A stretch of 64,000 bases of DNA from Phycisphaerales bacterium (GTDB lineage: Bacteria > Planctomycetota > Phycisphaerae > UBA1845): assembly GCA_020852275.1 (NCBI GenBank), contig JADZBE010000017.1, positions 64,551 through 128,550 of the forward strand, in the 5' to 3' direction. Position 1 is the first letter of the stretch, and each line of letters begins with the position of its first letter. Below are positions 47,706-58,000 of this stretch, piece after piece. The notes beneath the pieces are model-generated. The model saw nothing but the letters and a program-made list of their open reading frames with translations. It made no database searches and was not told where the DNA came from. A program made the position numbers and the translations under genes.

Positions 47706-48686
47706 CTACCGAAGTCGCGGGGTTGCCCGGATCCGCGGTTCCGTGGTCCCGCCGCCGGCTTGCACCGATTTCCATGTGAGCTTGCCGCTCGTGCAGAACG
47801 TCGTGCCGCACTCGCACGACAGCACGCCCGCATAGAGCGTCACCGGGCCGGTGGACAAAACGCAACCGGCTTCCTCGATCAGGTCGATCTCGTTGAGCGC
47901 GCTGTCCGAGTCCACGTACCAGGCGCTCGCGCCGGTTATCTGGGTGGAGACGGTGAATGTGCCCGCGTCGTTGACGATCCGCCAGCCGTCGTCGGTCCCG
48001 GTCTTGGCGCGGTTTTCGAGCCGGATGTGGTCGTCGGCCACGACGTAGGCCCGGTTGTCGAAGTTGACTTTGATGTATCCGTCCCCGTGGAGGGTCATCG
48101 AGCAGCTCTGGCTGCTGCACGTGCTGGTGGCCTTGAGGATCAGCTTGTCGTCGCCGTCAGTGTACTCCTCGATGACGGACCCCTTGTTCAATGCGATCAC
48201 GCCGCCATTGCCTTGGATGGTGTGTACGCCGTTGATCTTGAGCGTGCCCGGATCGCCGGGATGCACGCTGAGGTCGAACTGCCCGTCGAGCGTGGAGGTG
48301 AGGGTTCCGCCGTCGCCGAGCACGAGGGTCGAACCGCCCGTCAGGAACAGAGTGCTGCGGTCGTCCCCCTCGTCCTCGATGGTGAGCGTCTTGCAGTAGG
48401 CCGTCGTACTGCCGGGGATCACGACGTCGAAGTGCTCATCTCCGTCGTCGTCGGCGGGAATGACGGCGATTTTCGTCGAATCTGGAACACCGTGATTCCA
48501 GTTGTCGCCGACAGTCCAACTCGTTCCAGGTCCATCAAAACACGTTGTATTCACATCCTCGCAATCCACGAGGAGCGTGGCATTGGGGTTAGTGGCGATC
48601 GCTGGAATGCCAGGGATCACAAGGAACAGGGACAGCATGACCAAACCAAGGCCAAGGCCAAACCCGATAATCTTGGCGACTTTCAT
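47706..48686 (-). CDS. secreted hypothetical protein (signal peptide); lies in the more A/T-rich tract
   Basis: From MKVAKIIGFGLGLGLVMLSLFLV... with no recognisable family. It contains a TSWTVGDNWNHGVPDS motif similar to the one in the gene at 50584. Confidence 0.55.
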   Translation of the reverse strand: MKVAKIIGFGLGLGLVMLSLFLVIPGIPAIATNPNATLLVDCEDVNTTCFDGPGTSWTVGDNWNHGVPDSTKIAVIPADDDGDEHFDVVIPGSTTAYCKTLTIEDEGDDRSTLFLTGGSTLVLGDGGTLTSTLDGQFDLSVHPGDPGTLKINGVHTIQGNGGVIALNKGSVIEEYTDGDDKLILKATSTCSSQSCSMTLHGDGYIKVNFDNRAYVVADDHIRLENRAKTGTDDGWRIVNDAGTFTVSTQITGASAWYVDSDSALNEIDLIEEAGCVLSTGPVTLYAGVLSCECGTTFCTSGKLTWKSVQAGGGTTEPRIRATPRLR

Positions 48687-48845
48687 AATTTCATTCCTTT
48701 CATAGCGCGACAATGTTCAGAGTCGCGCATAATCGGTGAACAGGTTTCTAATCAAGGGCAACTGAAACCCACCAGGAGGTCTTTCAGTCGCAAAGTACGC
48801 GACAAACGCGTGCCCCAAAGCTGAAGCAGACTTCATCATTTTCCG

Positions 48846-50018
48846 TTACAGGGAATCGAATGCGTTCTGAAGGCGAGCGAAATCCGCCAAATCCAGATCG
48901 CCATCGTAGTCCTGATCCAGAAACCGACACTCGCACAAACCGTCCGTCCTTACGGGCCCGGTCATACATTTGTTGAAGACCGCGTAATCCCTCAGATCCA
49001 CGTCATCGTCGAACTCGCTGTCTCCGGTGCGCACGCGACGCATGAAGACCACAGCGTCCCGGTTGTCGAGAGTGTTTTTCCAGGCGACTTCTCCCCAGCC
49101 GTTCACGCTTCCCCGCGCCACGGAGTACTGGTCGTCACTGAGGCGATACAAACGCGCTCCCGTCTTCTCAGGATGATACAACCATGCGTTCCAAGTTCCG
49201 CGATCCCAATCCGAACGAGCAAAATAGACGTCGCCCGTGTCGCCGATGTTCGGCACCGAGGCGTCGACTGTGTCGAGAATAATCCGGGTGTCATCGTCCT
49301 CCCACAGTTCAAGGTCGCTTTGGGCGTCCCAAACGATTTGACCCCGGTTGTTGATCCTCGGCCCCTGGACTTGGGAATGAAACGATGGCAGGTCAACCAC
49401 AATCCCATCGCGGTAAAGCTGGATCGTACCCGCCCAGGGACTGACGCAGAAGTCCGTGCTCATCCAGGTAATCCAGCCGGCGTCGTTGATTTCAGTCTGC
49501 TGGAGCATCAACTCCGATGTATGGATCTGCTCCGTCTTCCGGCCATCAAACAAATAGAGGTCAGAAAGAAGAGGACACATCTCCCAACGAAAGCGAGACC
49601 AAACGGCCTCCCCCAAGTTGTTGATGGACGCATGAGCAAGAATGCGTTCCCCATCCTGCAGCAACGTTTCCACGCCATCCCGATAAAGAATCACCTGGTG
49701 TGCATTGAGACTGGTAATTCCGCGCTGCCAGATCATGTCACCCGAGTTGTTAAGATCCACTCCACTGTCCAGGACGTCATTGTCCGTGATCCGCACTATA
49801 CGACCGTTGTCGTAGAGCATGATCTCAGCCGTCCACCAGCTTCCGGAGAACTTCTGGGCGTAGGCAATCTCGCCGCAGTCGTTCAATGAAGGCCACTGGA
49901 TATGGTAGTCCGACACGACAGCTTCGACGATCTCGAAGCCGGGCGGGATTTCAACCTGCGCGAAACCCGCCGCTGATACGGCGGCAAACATGCTGGCGAA
50001 GGGAAAGCAGCGACGCAT
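48846..50018 (-). CDS. secreted seven-repeat (propeller-like) protein with a dockerin/EF-hand-like C-terminus
   Basis: From MRRCFPFASMFAAVSAAGFAQ. Repeats of type (L/I)N(N/D)xG(E/D/Q)(I/V/A)(A/V/I)W appear about seven times. The C-terminus reads ...DQDYDGDLDLADFARLQNAF. Confidence 0.6.
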   Translation of the reverse strand: MRRCFPFASMFAAVSAAGFAQVEIPPGFEIVEAVVSDYHIQWPSLNDCGEIAYAQKFSGSWWTAEIMLYDNGRIVRITDNDVLDSGVDLNNSGDMIWQRGITSLNAHQVILYRDGVETLLQDGERILAHASINNLGEAVWSRFRWEMCPLLSDLYLFDGRKTEQIHTSELMLQQTEINDAGWITWMSTDFCVSPWAGTIQLYRDGIVVDLPSFHSQVQGPRINNRGQIVWDAQSDLELWEDDDTRIILDTVDASVPNIGDTGDVYFARSDWDRGTWNAWLYHPEKTGARLYRLSDDQYSVARGSVNGWGEVAWKNTLDNRDAVVFMRRVRTGDSEFDDDVDLRDYAVFNKCMTGPVRTDGLCECRFLDQDYDGDLDLADFARLQNAFDSL

Positions 50019-50083
50019 GGCATTGACTCCTGAACCAAGCGATGGGAAACGTGGCACGCCGGCCGTGCGAGCGCCGGATATGA

Positions 50084-50584
50084 TCAGTTCGTCTCGATCC
50101 CGGCCTTGCCCACCAGCTTGACGAAGTCGATGTTCCCGCCGCCGATCGTCACCGTGTCGCAGGTCAGGACGCGTTCAGTGCCGTCGGCATCGAACTACGC
50201 GTAACAGAGCTCGCCCCCGAAACTCAGCGTCAGGTCGTCGATCGTGCGGGATGCGTCGAAGACGACGTTAAAGCCGCACTCAGTAAACGTCGCGTCGTCC
50301 GTCGTGGCGCACGGATAGAAGCATGCCCCGCCGAAACCGCTCCAGTTGTCGCGGTCGTTCCACAGGTCCGACGCATTGTCGTTGCCCGTCCAGGTGAACG
50401 AGGCGAGCGCCACCGTCGCCGGATCGACCGCGACGAACCCCGCCGCGGCGGCCACCCGAGCCAACCCTTCCGGAGGTGAGCCCGAGGCCGCGCCCCGCAT
50501 CATCCCTCCCATCGTCAGCAACCCGGCGGCGAGACACAACGTCCCCGCCAGCACTCGATTCTGTACGATTCTACCACGTTTCAT
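50084..50584 (-). pseudogene. small secreted protein gene interrupted by an in-frame TAG (50195-50197); a pseudogene, an assembly error or readthrough
   Basis: MKRGRIVQNRVLAGTLCLAAG... (AAGGAGG RBS) ...GGELCYA-TAG-FDADGTERVLTCDTVTIGGGNIDFVKLVGKAGIETN-TGA. Of the 36 codons after the TAG, 33 have G/C at the third position (counted by hand). Confidence 0.45.
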
Positions 50585-51233
50585 GTTCGACCTCCTTGAA
50601 AAAAAGGAGAGAAAAAAGCGCCTCGCGAACGTCGCGAAGCGCCGGAAGGACCGGGGAATGGACTCCGGAAGGGCGAAGCCCGGTGCGCGGCCGCGGGCAT
50701 GCGAATCGGCGGGGAGAGAGCCGCGCGGGCTTGAAGCGGGGCCGGGACGCTGGAAAACGCCGGAAGACGCCGGAATCCAATGATAGCAGACGCAGTGGGC
50801 GCCGGGATGCGGGGGACGGAAACGCTCGAACACCTGGATAATGCTGACGGCGGATGCTGAAAGGAAGGGGGGAGCGGCTCACGGCGCCCAGCAGCCTCTC
50901 TCTCTATCTCTCTCTGTCCGCGCAGGGAACGACCCGACGAGAAAGGCCAGACCGTCGCAGCGTGCTGGATCGTGCAGGAGCATGGGCATCACTCCTTATC
51001 GAGAGCAAGTTATCGGGTTATCGGCTGGGTGTCAGGCGGCATTTCAGAAGAATTGTGGGCGGGCGTGTGGGACGGAAACGGCGGCTGGGCCGCGTCGCGC
51101 CGCCGCGCGCCCGTTCGGAATTGGCCTCCGCCGCCGATGAAGGTACATTACCGACCGCCTTGGCGGGATGCGATGCGACCCCGCACGCAACGGCGAGAGG
51201 CGCGGGCGATACATAAGTTCTTTGTTTGCAAGA

Positions 51234-51317
51234 GCCGGAGTGGCGGAACCGGCAGACGCGCGGGATTCAAAATCCCGTTCTGGCAACAGAGTGTGGGTTC
51301 GATTCCCACCTCCGGCA
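51234..51317 (+). tRNA. tRNA-Leu (anticodon CAA), copy 1
   Basis: Hand-folded: acceptor GCCGGAG/CTCCGGC; anticodon stem CGGGA/TCCCG with loop TTCAAAA; long variable arm; T arm GTGGG-TTCGATT-CCCAC; no encoded CCA. Confidence 0.88.
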
Positions 51318-51654
51318 TCCTTTCCTTGCCCTCATTCGCTTCGTCGCGCGCGGAGACCGCACCGTCCTCATGCGCCTCGTCGTGCGCTGAGACAGCGCCA
51401 CCCCGCCCCAGGCGAGGTCGGCATCCGTCGTCGAGGTCACCTTCAGCGTGCCGTCCACCCAGACCTTCAGCGTGGCCCCGCTGCATTTTACCTTGAGGGC
51501 GTTCGGCGTGGAAGGCGTAAACGCCGCGCTGCCCAGCACCGTCAACTCGCCGGCCAGCAGGAAGGCTACATTGACGAGGTTCGGGTAGGAGGCGATCCTA
51601 CTCCCAATGCGGCCCCTATGGGGAGCGGGCTGCTCAAGCCCCTTCAGTGCGGGA

Positions 51655-51738
51655 GCCGGAGTGGCGGAACTGGCAGACGCGCGGGATTCAAAATCCCGTT
51701 CTGGCAACAGAGTGTGGGTTCGATTCCCACCTCCGGCA
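51655..51738 (+). tRNA. tRNA-Leu (anticodon CAA), copy 2 (one D-arm difference from copy 1)
   Basis: Same fold as copy 1; GGAACTGG here versus GGAACCGG there. Confidence 0.88.
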
Positions 51739-51788
51739 TCCTTTCCTTGCCCTCATTTGCTTCGTCGCGCGCGGAGACCGCACCGTCC

Positions 51789-53306
51789 TCATGCGCCTCG
51801 TCGTGCGCTGAGACAGCGCCGGATTCGCGCGCAGGTGGCATCCTTGCCCAGCAGCGCGAGGCTGTCGCCGATGGGCGGGCTGACGGTCGAGCCGGTGATT
51901 GCCACGCGCAGCGGCTGGGCCACGTCGCCCATCTTCGCGCCGGACGCGGCACAGTACGTCTCAATCAACTTGTGCAGACCCTCAGCGGTCCAGTCGGCAA
52001 ATGCATCGAGCTTCGCCAGGATCGCCTCCAGCGTTCGGTAGCCCGCCCCCTCGTTCTTCTCCAGCACCTTTCGCACGGCGTCGGGGTTGATCGGACCGCC
52101 GTCGGGCCAGACCTCCTCGTCGCGCTGCACGAGGAACCGCGCCGAGTCCACCACGTCGCGGAACGTGCGCAGACCTTTCTTGGCCGCCAGCAGCCGCGCG
52201 AGCATTGCGTCATCGAACTTCAGCAGCGGCGACGCGTTGACGGCGAGGAAGTCCTTGAACGCCGCCAGCAGCCGGAGTGGCGGAGTCTTCGCGCACCAGT
52301 CGGTGTTGAACGCCAGGAGCTTGTCCCGGTCGAACCGGGCGTTGGTCTTGCCGACGCGCTCGATGGAGAAGCGCTCGATCAGCTCGTCGACCGAGAAGTG
52401 TTCACGGTCGTCGCCGCTGGACCAGCCCAGCAGCGCGATGAAGTTCAGCAATGCCTCCGGCAGGTAGCCCGAGACGCGGAAGTCGTGCACTTCGATCTCC
52501 GGCGGTGTGCGGCCTTCCTTGATCGCTTTCTCCTTGTCGCGCTTGCTCATCTTGGTTCCGTCCATGCTGAAGATGATGGGCGGATGCGCGTAGGACGGCG
52601 TGGCGAACTTCAGCGCCCGCTGCATGGCGATGTGCTTGGGCGTGTTCATCAGGTGTTCCTGCCCGCGGATGACGTGCGTGACGCGCATCAGCTCGTCATC
52701 CACGACGCAGGCGAAATGATACGTGGGCCAGCCGTCGCTCTTGAGGATCACGAAATCCTCGAGCTCCTCCGCGGGCATCACGACGTCGCCGAGGATTTCG
52801 TCGTGAACGGTGATCGGCTCGCCGGGCATCTTGAAGCGGACGACCACGGCCTTGCCGGCCGCTTGAGCCGCTTCACCCTGCGCGATCGTCGGCAGCGGGC
52901 TGGGTCGGACGTACTTGTAAGAGCGTTTCTCGACGCGGGCCGACTCGCGCGAGGCCTCCAGCTCCTCCGATGTCTCGAAGGCGTAGTAGGCGTCGCCGCT
53001 TTCGAGCAGGCGCCGGGCGTGGGCGTGATACAGATCGAGACGCTCACTCTGGAAGTACGGCGCGCACGGTCCGCCTACGACCGGCCCTTCGTCCCATGTC
53101 AGTCCAAGCCAGCGCAGATCTTCAAGGATCTTGCCGACCGAATCCTCGACGTGGCGATCCCGGTCCGTGTCCTCGATGCGCAGAATGAACGTCCCGCCGA
53201 CCTTCCGGGCCACCAGCCAGTTGTACAAGACGGTGCGGGCGCCGCCGATGTGCAGGTATCCCGTCGGAGACGGCGCGAAACGAACGCGAACAAGACGATC
53301 GGACAT
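51789..53306 (-). CDS. gltX: glutamate--tRNA ligase
   Basis: MSDRLVRVRFAPSPTGYLHIGGARTVLYNWL...ILRIEDTD... and the KMSKRD class-I signature. Confidence 0.92.
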   Translation of the reverse strand: MSDRLVRVRFAPSPTGYLHIGGARTVLYNWLVARKVGGTFILRIEDTDRDRHVEDSVGKILEDLRWLGLTWDEGPVVGGPCAPYFQSERLDLYHAHARRLLESGDAYYAFETSEELEASRESARVEKRSYKYVRPSPLPTIAQGEAAQAAGKAVVVRFKMPGEPITVHDEILGDVVMPAEELEDFVILKSDGWPTYHFACVVDDELMRVTHVIRGQEHLMNTPKHIAMQRALKFATPSYAHPPIIFSMDGTKMSKRDKEKAIKEGRTPPEIEVHDFRVSGYLPEALLNFIALLGWSSGDDREHFSVDELIERFSIERVGKTNARFDRDKLLAFNTDWCAKTPPLRLLAAFKDFLAVNASPLLKFDDAMLARLLAAKKGLRTFRDVVDSARFLVQRDEEVWPDGGPINPDAVRKVLEKNEGAGYRTLEAILAKLDAFADWTAEGLHKLIETYCAASGAKMGDVAQPLRVAITGSTVSPPIGDSLALLGKDATCARIRRCLSARRGA

Positions 53307-53814
53307 GGCCGGGATTTCCCTTTCTACGGCGGTGGTTCAAACCTACGGATCCGGACTCGATCGAAAAAGGGCAGGACGCGGGATCCGCCGCAGCGGTTCG
53401 GCGGACGCCGCCGGCAGCCCGTGGCTGAGGTCCACCGGAACGAGGCAACAAATCCTCCACCGCAAAGCGTCTGGAAGAATCACAAGCTGGAAAGCCGGTG
53501 CCCCAACCAGGAATGGCTCCTTCCACGGACTGCTACTCACTTGAATCTGCCCGGGCCCAGGAACGGCACTGGGGCAGAGTGTGTCGCGGCTGAACCCTGC
53601 CTGCAAGGCGCTGCTAATTGTTCCCCAAGCGACCTCCGCGCTTTGCAGGGTCGGGAGCCCCGGCGGCGCGACTCTTGGACCGACGTTTGGCGTTGGCTGG
53701 AAATTTTGAGTGGGGAGTATATGATCTCCAGTGCAGGCGTAGATTTTGTCGAAGATGAGGCTGTCCGGCCGGGGCGAAAGCGCTGCGGCTGGGGTTCTTC
53801 GCGGGGGCAATCGC

Positions 53815-54420
53815 ATGGCAGTTCGACATCATATTAAAGTGCTGGTTGCGGATGCGGATGCCCAGCACGCGGCGCATGTGTCCGGCCTGCTTGAAGAGGC
53901 AGGATACAAACCGCGCCTGGCAGGCGACCACAAGGAAGCCGTGGAGCGGGCGACGAAGGAATCACATCAGCTCGCCATTGTCGATCTTTCCAGTCGGCTG
54001 GGGGAGGGGCTGGAGCTGGTAGAGAAGCTCAAGGAAATCGACCGTCGAACGACGGTGCTGGTCACGCGCAACTCCTCGGACTTTGACGCGGCGGTCGAGG
54101 CCATGCGGCGCGGGGCGTCGGAATACCTGAAAAAGCCGGTGGTCAAGAACGATTTGCTTCACGCGCTGGAACGCATCTGCCGCCTCATGGGTCTGGTGCA
54201 CACGAACGAGAGCGAGCTGAACCGTCTCATCGGCGAGCGCATCCGGCGCGAGCGGCTGGCGCAGAACCTCACGTTGCGCCAGCTTTCGGATCGAACGAAC
54301 CTGACGACGTCGCAGCTTTCGCAGGTGGAGTTGGGGAAGAACGCCGCCTCCATCTGGGCGCTGGCGCGCATCAGCAACTCGCTGGGCAAGCAGATGTCTG
54401 CGATGCTTGATGGGCTGTGA
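53815..54420 (+). CDS. response regulator with a C-terminal XRE-type helix-turn-helix
   Basis: From MAVRHHIKVLVADADAQ...LAIVDL...LKKPV, then ...IGERIRRERLAQNLTLRQLSDRTNLTTSQLSQVELGKN.... Confidence 0.8.
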   Translation: MAVRHHIKVLVADADAQHAAHVSGLLEEAGYKPRLAGDHKEAVERATKESHQLAIVDLSSRLGEGLELVEKLKEIDRRTTVLVTRNSSDFDAAVEAMRRGASEYLKKPVVKNDLLHALERICRLMGLVHTNESELNRLIGERIRRERLAQNLTLRQLSDRTNLTTSQLSQVELGKNAASIWALARISNSLGKQMSAMLDGL

Positions 54421-54502
54421 TTCGAGTGGGTGAGGGAGCTGCCAGGTGCCCCGCCGCCAGCGCAGATGCCGGCGCAAGCGCGTGCTGGTTATACATCACG
54501 CT

Positions 54503-54661
54503 CTGCGCTGAGAGGCGAGGCTCGTCATTCCCGCGCAGGCGGAAATCCAGCCGGGTGCTTTCGAGGAGGCGCTCATTCAGCGGTTTTCCGGGGAGGACTG
54601 GACCCCCGCCGGCGCACGGGTGACAGGCCCCTAGTCCGATCTTGAGTTCCACCCCAGACCG
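54503..54661. mobile_element. degenerate MITE-like copy
   Basis: Retains CTCGTCATTCCCGCGCAGGCGGAAATCCAGCC and GGACCCCCGCC; the terminal repeats have decayed (GAGTTCCACCCCAGACCG). Confidence 0.5.
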
Positions 54662-55096
54662 CAAGCGCCAAGCTTGGACTCCCAATCCTCACGCGGCGGG
54701 TCCGCGGCCGTGGACTCGCGACACCCAACAAGACTCACTGGACAGTCAGCCGCGCAAGCTCGGGGATGAGATTCCAGAGTTGTTGCTTCGGCCACGGCGC
54801 CAACGAATCACCGGCTGGAAATCCGGTGCCCCACCCCGGAATTGTCCTTGCTCCCAGGGTGCTACGTCTCGCTCCGCCCGAGCCACCTCCCGCGCAGTTG
54901 CATCGCGGAGCGCTGAAGGAACCGAGCTTCCCCTAACCGTTCCTTTCTGGGAGGCGGGGCGAATCGCTCCTCGGCCCGCGCGCGGCGTGGTCGGTCGTGT
55001 CTTGCTGATTTTGAGGGGGTATCGCTCTGCGTGGAAGCTCCGCGCCGTGGAGGCGGGCTCTGCGCGGCGCACGGAAGTCATGCGAGCGATAAGATC

Positions 55097-58000
55097 ATGC
55101 AGATTAAAACCTTAGGGCTTGAGTTGCCGCCCGATCATTCGCGTTCCGGTCCGCCGTGGGTAGAATGCCCTGATATCGGGTCGGTGCCGCAATTCCGGCG
55201 TCTTAAGGGACAAGTCGAGCAGATGGGAATGCCGGGTCATTTCGGGGGCGCGTTCGGTCTGCCTTCGGGAATAGCCTCTCGATTGGCAGGAGGCGAACTC
55301 GAGCCGGGCGTCGAGCGATCGACGGGTTCAACGGAGCACACGGCGGCCGCGACGAATGCAACCAATGGGGCGGCGACCGCGTCCGTGGAGGCGGCGACCG
55401 ACGTGACCGGCGCTGTGCCGTCGCCGCCGCTGCCGCGTTCGACGCGCAATACTCTGGATTCGTCACCCTTCTGGGAACCGCAGCGCCACGTCGTGGTCCG
55501 CGGGCAGTTTGGTCGCTACCGCATTCTGGAAGCGATCGGCGAAGGCGGGATGGGCGTCGTGTATCTGGCGGAGCAGGACAACCCCCGCCGGCGCGTGGCG
55601 CTGAAGCTCATCAAGGGCGGGTTTGATTCCGCGCGCGTGCTGCGCCGGCTGGAGTTCGAGGCGCACATCCTGGCCAAGCTTCAGCACCCCGGCATTGCGG
55701 CGATCATCGAGTCGAGCGTGGCGATCACCGACCACGGCGCCCAGCCCTATTTCGCGATGGAGTACGTCGAGGGCGAGCGGCTGACGGAGTACGCACGCAA
55801 CGCGCGATTGAGCACGCGGCGACGGCTCGAACTGCTCAGCCGCGTCTGCGAAGCCGTCCACCATGCGCACCAGCGCGGCGTGGTTCACCGCGATCTCAAG
55901 CCCGGCAACATCCTGGTGACCGCGGACGGGCAGCCGAAGATCCTCGACTTCGGCGTGGGCGCGGTAACCGACGGGAGCTACGAGACGACGACGCAGCACA
56001 CGCGGACGGGGCAATTCGTGGGCACGCTGCCGTACATGAGCCCGGAGCAGGTCAGCGGCGACCCCCGCACGGTGGACACGCGGACGGACGTCTATGCGCT
56101 GGGCGTGCTGGGCTACGAGCTGCTGACGGGGCGGCTGCCGCTGGATCTGAAAGACAAGCCGCTGCCCGAGGCCGTGCGCATCATCCAAGAGGATACGCCC
56201 CCGTCGATGAGCACCCTGGACCGCGCGCTGGGCGGTGAGGTGCAGCGGCTGATCGGCAAGGCGATGGAGAAGGACCGGGACCGGCGCTACCCTTCGGCGG
56301 ACGCCTTCGCCGCGGACATCGGGCGATTTCTGCGCGACGAGCCGATCGAGGCGCGCGGCGATTCCGCCTGGTACGTGCTGCGCAAGTACATCCGGCGGCA
56401 CCGGTGGATGGCGGCGTCGGCGGCGCTGACGGCGGTGTTCCTGCTGACTTTCGCGGTGTACGCCGGCGTGCAGGCGGACATCAACCGACACCTCGCCGAA
56501 GAGCAGAGCAAGGCGCACCTTGCCGCCGTGGCTGCCAAAGAGGTCGCCGTCACGGCGAAAGAGGAAGCGCTGACGGCGAAGGAGACGGCCGTGCGGCTGG
56601 GCGAGGAAGCCGGACGCGAGCGCGATGAGGCTCGCAAGGCGCGCGAGGCCGAGGAGCAGCAGCGAAAGGAAGCGGAGAATGAAGCCCGGCGCGCGCAATC
56701 GGTCACGGCGTTCCTGGTGCGAACCCTTGGTCTGGCAGACCCGGACGTGACGCAGACTCCGGACCTCACCATCCGGCAGATGCTGGACGAGGCGTCGTCG
56801 CAGATCGAGACGTCGCTGTCCGCCCAGCCTGCGGCCGAGGCGACGGTCCGCACGGTGATCGGGCGGGCGTACGCGACGCTGGGCGATCTTGAGCTGGCGC
56901 GGGTCCACCTGGAGCGAGCGCTGGAGCTTCGTCGCCTTCGCGCCGAGGAAGAGCCGGAGGCGCTGTATGAGACGCTCCTGCCGTACTTCCAGGTGCAGAC
57001 GGACCTGAACGACGTGCAGGCGCACAACCTGGGCTACGAGCTTCAAGACCTGGGGCTGCGAGTGATCAAGCTCCGCGACGAGGAGCTGGCGACGGCGGTC
57101 TCGGCGTTTCGCGCGCGGACGGCCAGCGGCTCCAACCCGATGTTCACGGACAGCGCTTTCCATGAAGCCCGGGCGCTGGCAGAGCGGAAGCTCGCGCCCG
57201 ACGACCCGATGTGGCTTTACGTGGCCGATCAGTTTCTGCTGGGCGCCTACCGGTTGGGGTATCGTGATGGACCGGGGCTGGCGTGCGGTTACATCCGCGG
57301 CGCGCTGGACATCCAGCGCCGGCTGCTGCCTGAGACGCACACGCGCGTCGTGCGGACGCTGAACCTTCTCATCACTTACTCGCTGGGAGCGGGGGAGGCG
57401 CGCACGGCGGAGGGTCTGGCGCAGCAGACGCTGGCGCTGCTTGCCGCGAAACTGCCCGAGAACCACTGGTATCTGCACGTGTATCGCGGGAAGCTCGCGG
57501 CGTGCCTGATTCCTCAGGGTCGGCAGGAGGAGGCCGAGCCGCTGCTGCTTTCGGCGCTCAACGGCGTGAGCGCCTCGCGCGGCGACAACAACTCCTACGT
57601 GGCTGAAATCCACAAGACGCTGGCGGCGTTGTATGCGAGCCGCGGCGAGGAAGTCCGGGCGCGGGAGCAGCGCAGCAAGTTCGCCAGCGCGCTGACGCGA
57701 TCCAGCTTGGTGCTGGCATGGCGCGAAGTGGACCCGGTGTACGCGGCTTGCGCGGGTCCGGCGTTCGGCGAAGACCTGGAGGAACTGGCGCAACAATTGG
57801 ACGGGTTGCGGAGCGTGCTCTCGACGGCGTCATCGGAGGTGACGACGGCGCTGGAGCGCGTGATTGAATCGCGTCGGCAATTCCTCGAAGACGAGGATCC
57901 GCAGTCCGCGGTGATAGCCGATCTCTTGAGCAGTTGGCAGCACGCGCACCGCAACCGGCTCACGGTCGAAGCGTCCGAGGCGATGCTTCGCGAAGCGCTG

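Noticed and set aside
50834-51230. ~400-bp non-coding stretch upstream of tRNA-Leu copy 1, containing a CTCTCTCTATCTCTCTCT tract, considered as an ncRNA or integrase remnant
   Set aside because: I could recognise no conserved RNA structure, no coding remnant and no repeat-family membership by eye, so there is nothing to support a call.
51267-51707. 146-aa minus-strand ORF spanning the region between the two tRNA-Leu copies, considered as an intact gene
   Set aside because: It runs antisense through a tRNA gene and the duplicated segment, and it has no plausible start or RBS. Only its central ~60 residues look like a remnant of a real domain, and I report that as a remnant under findings.
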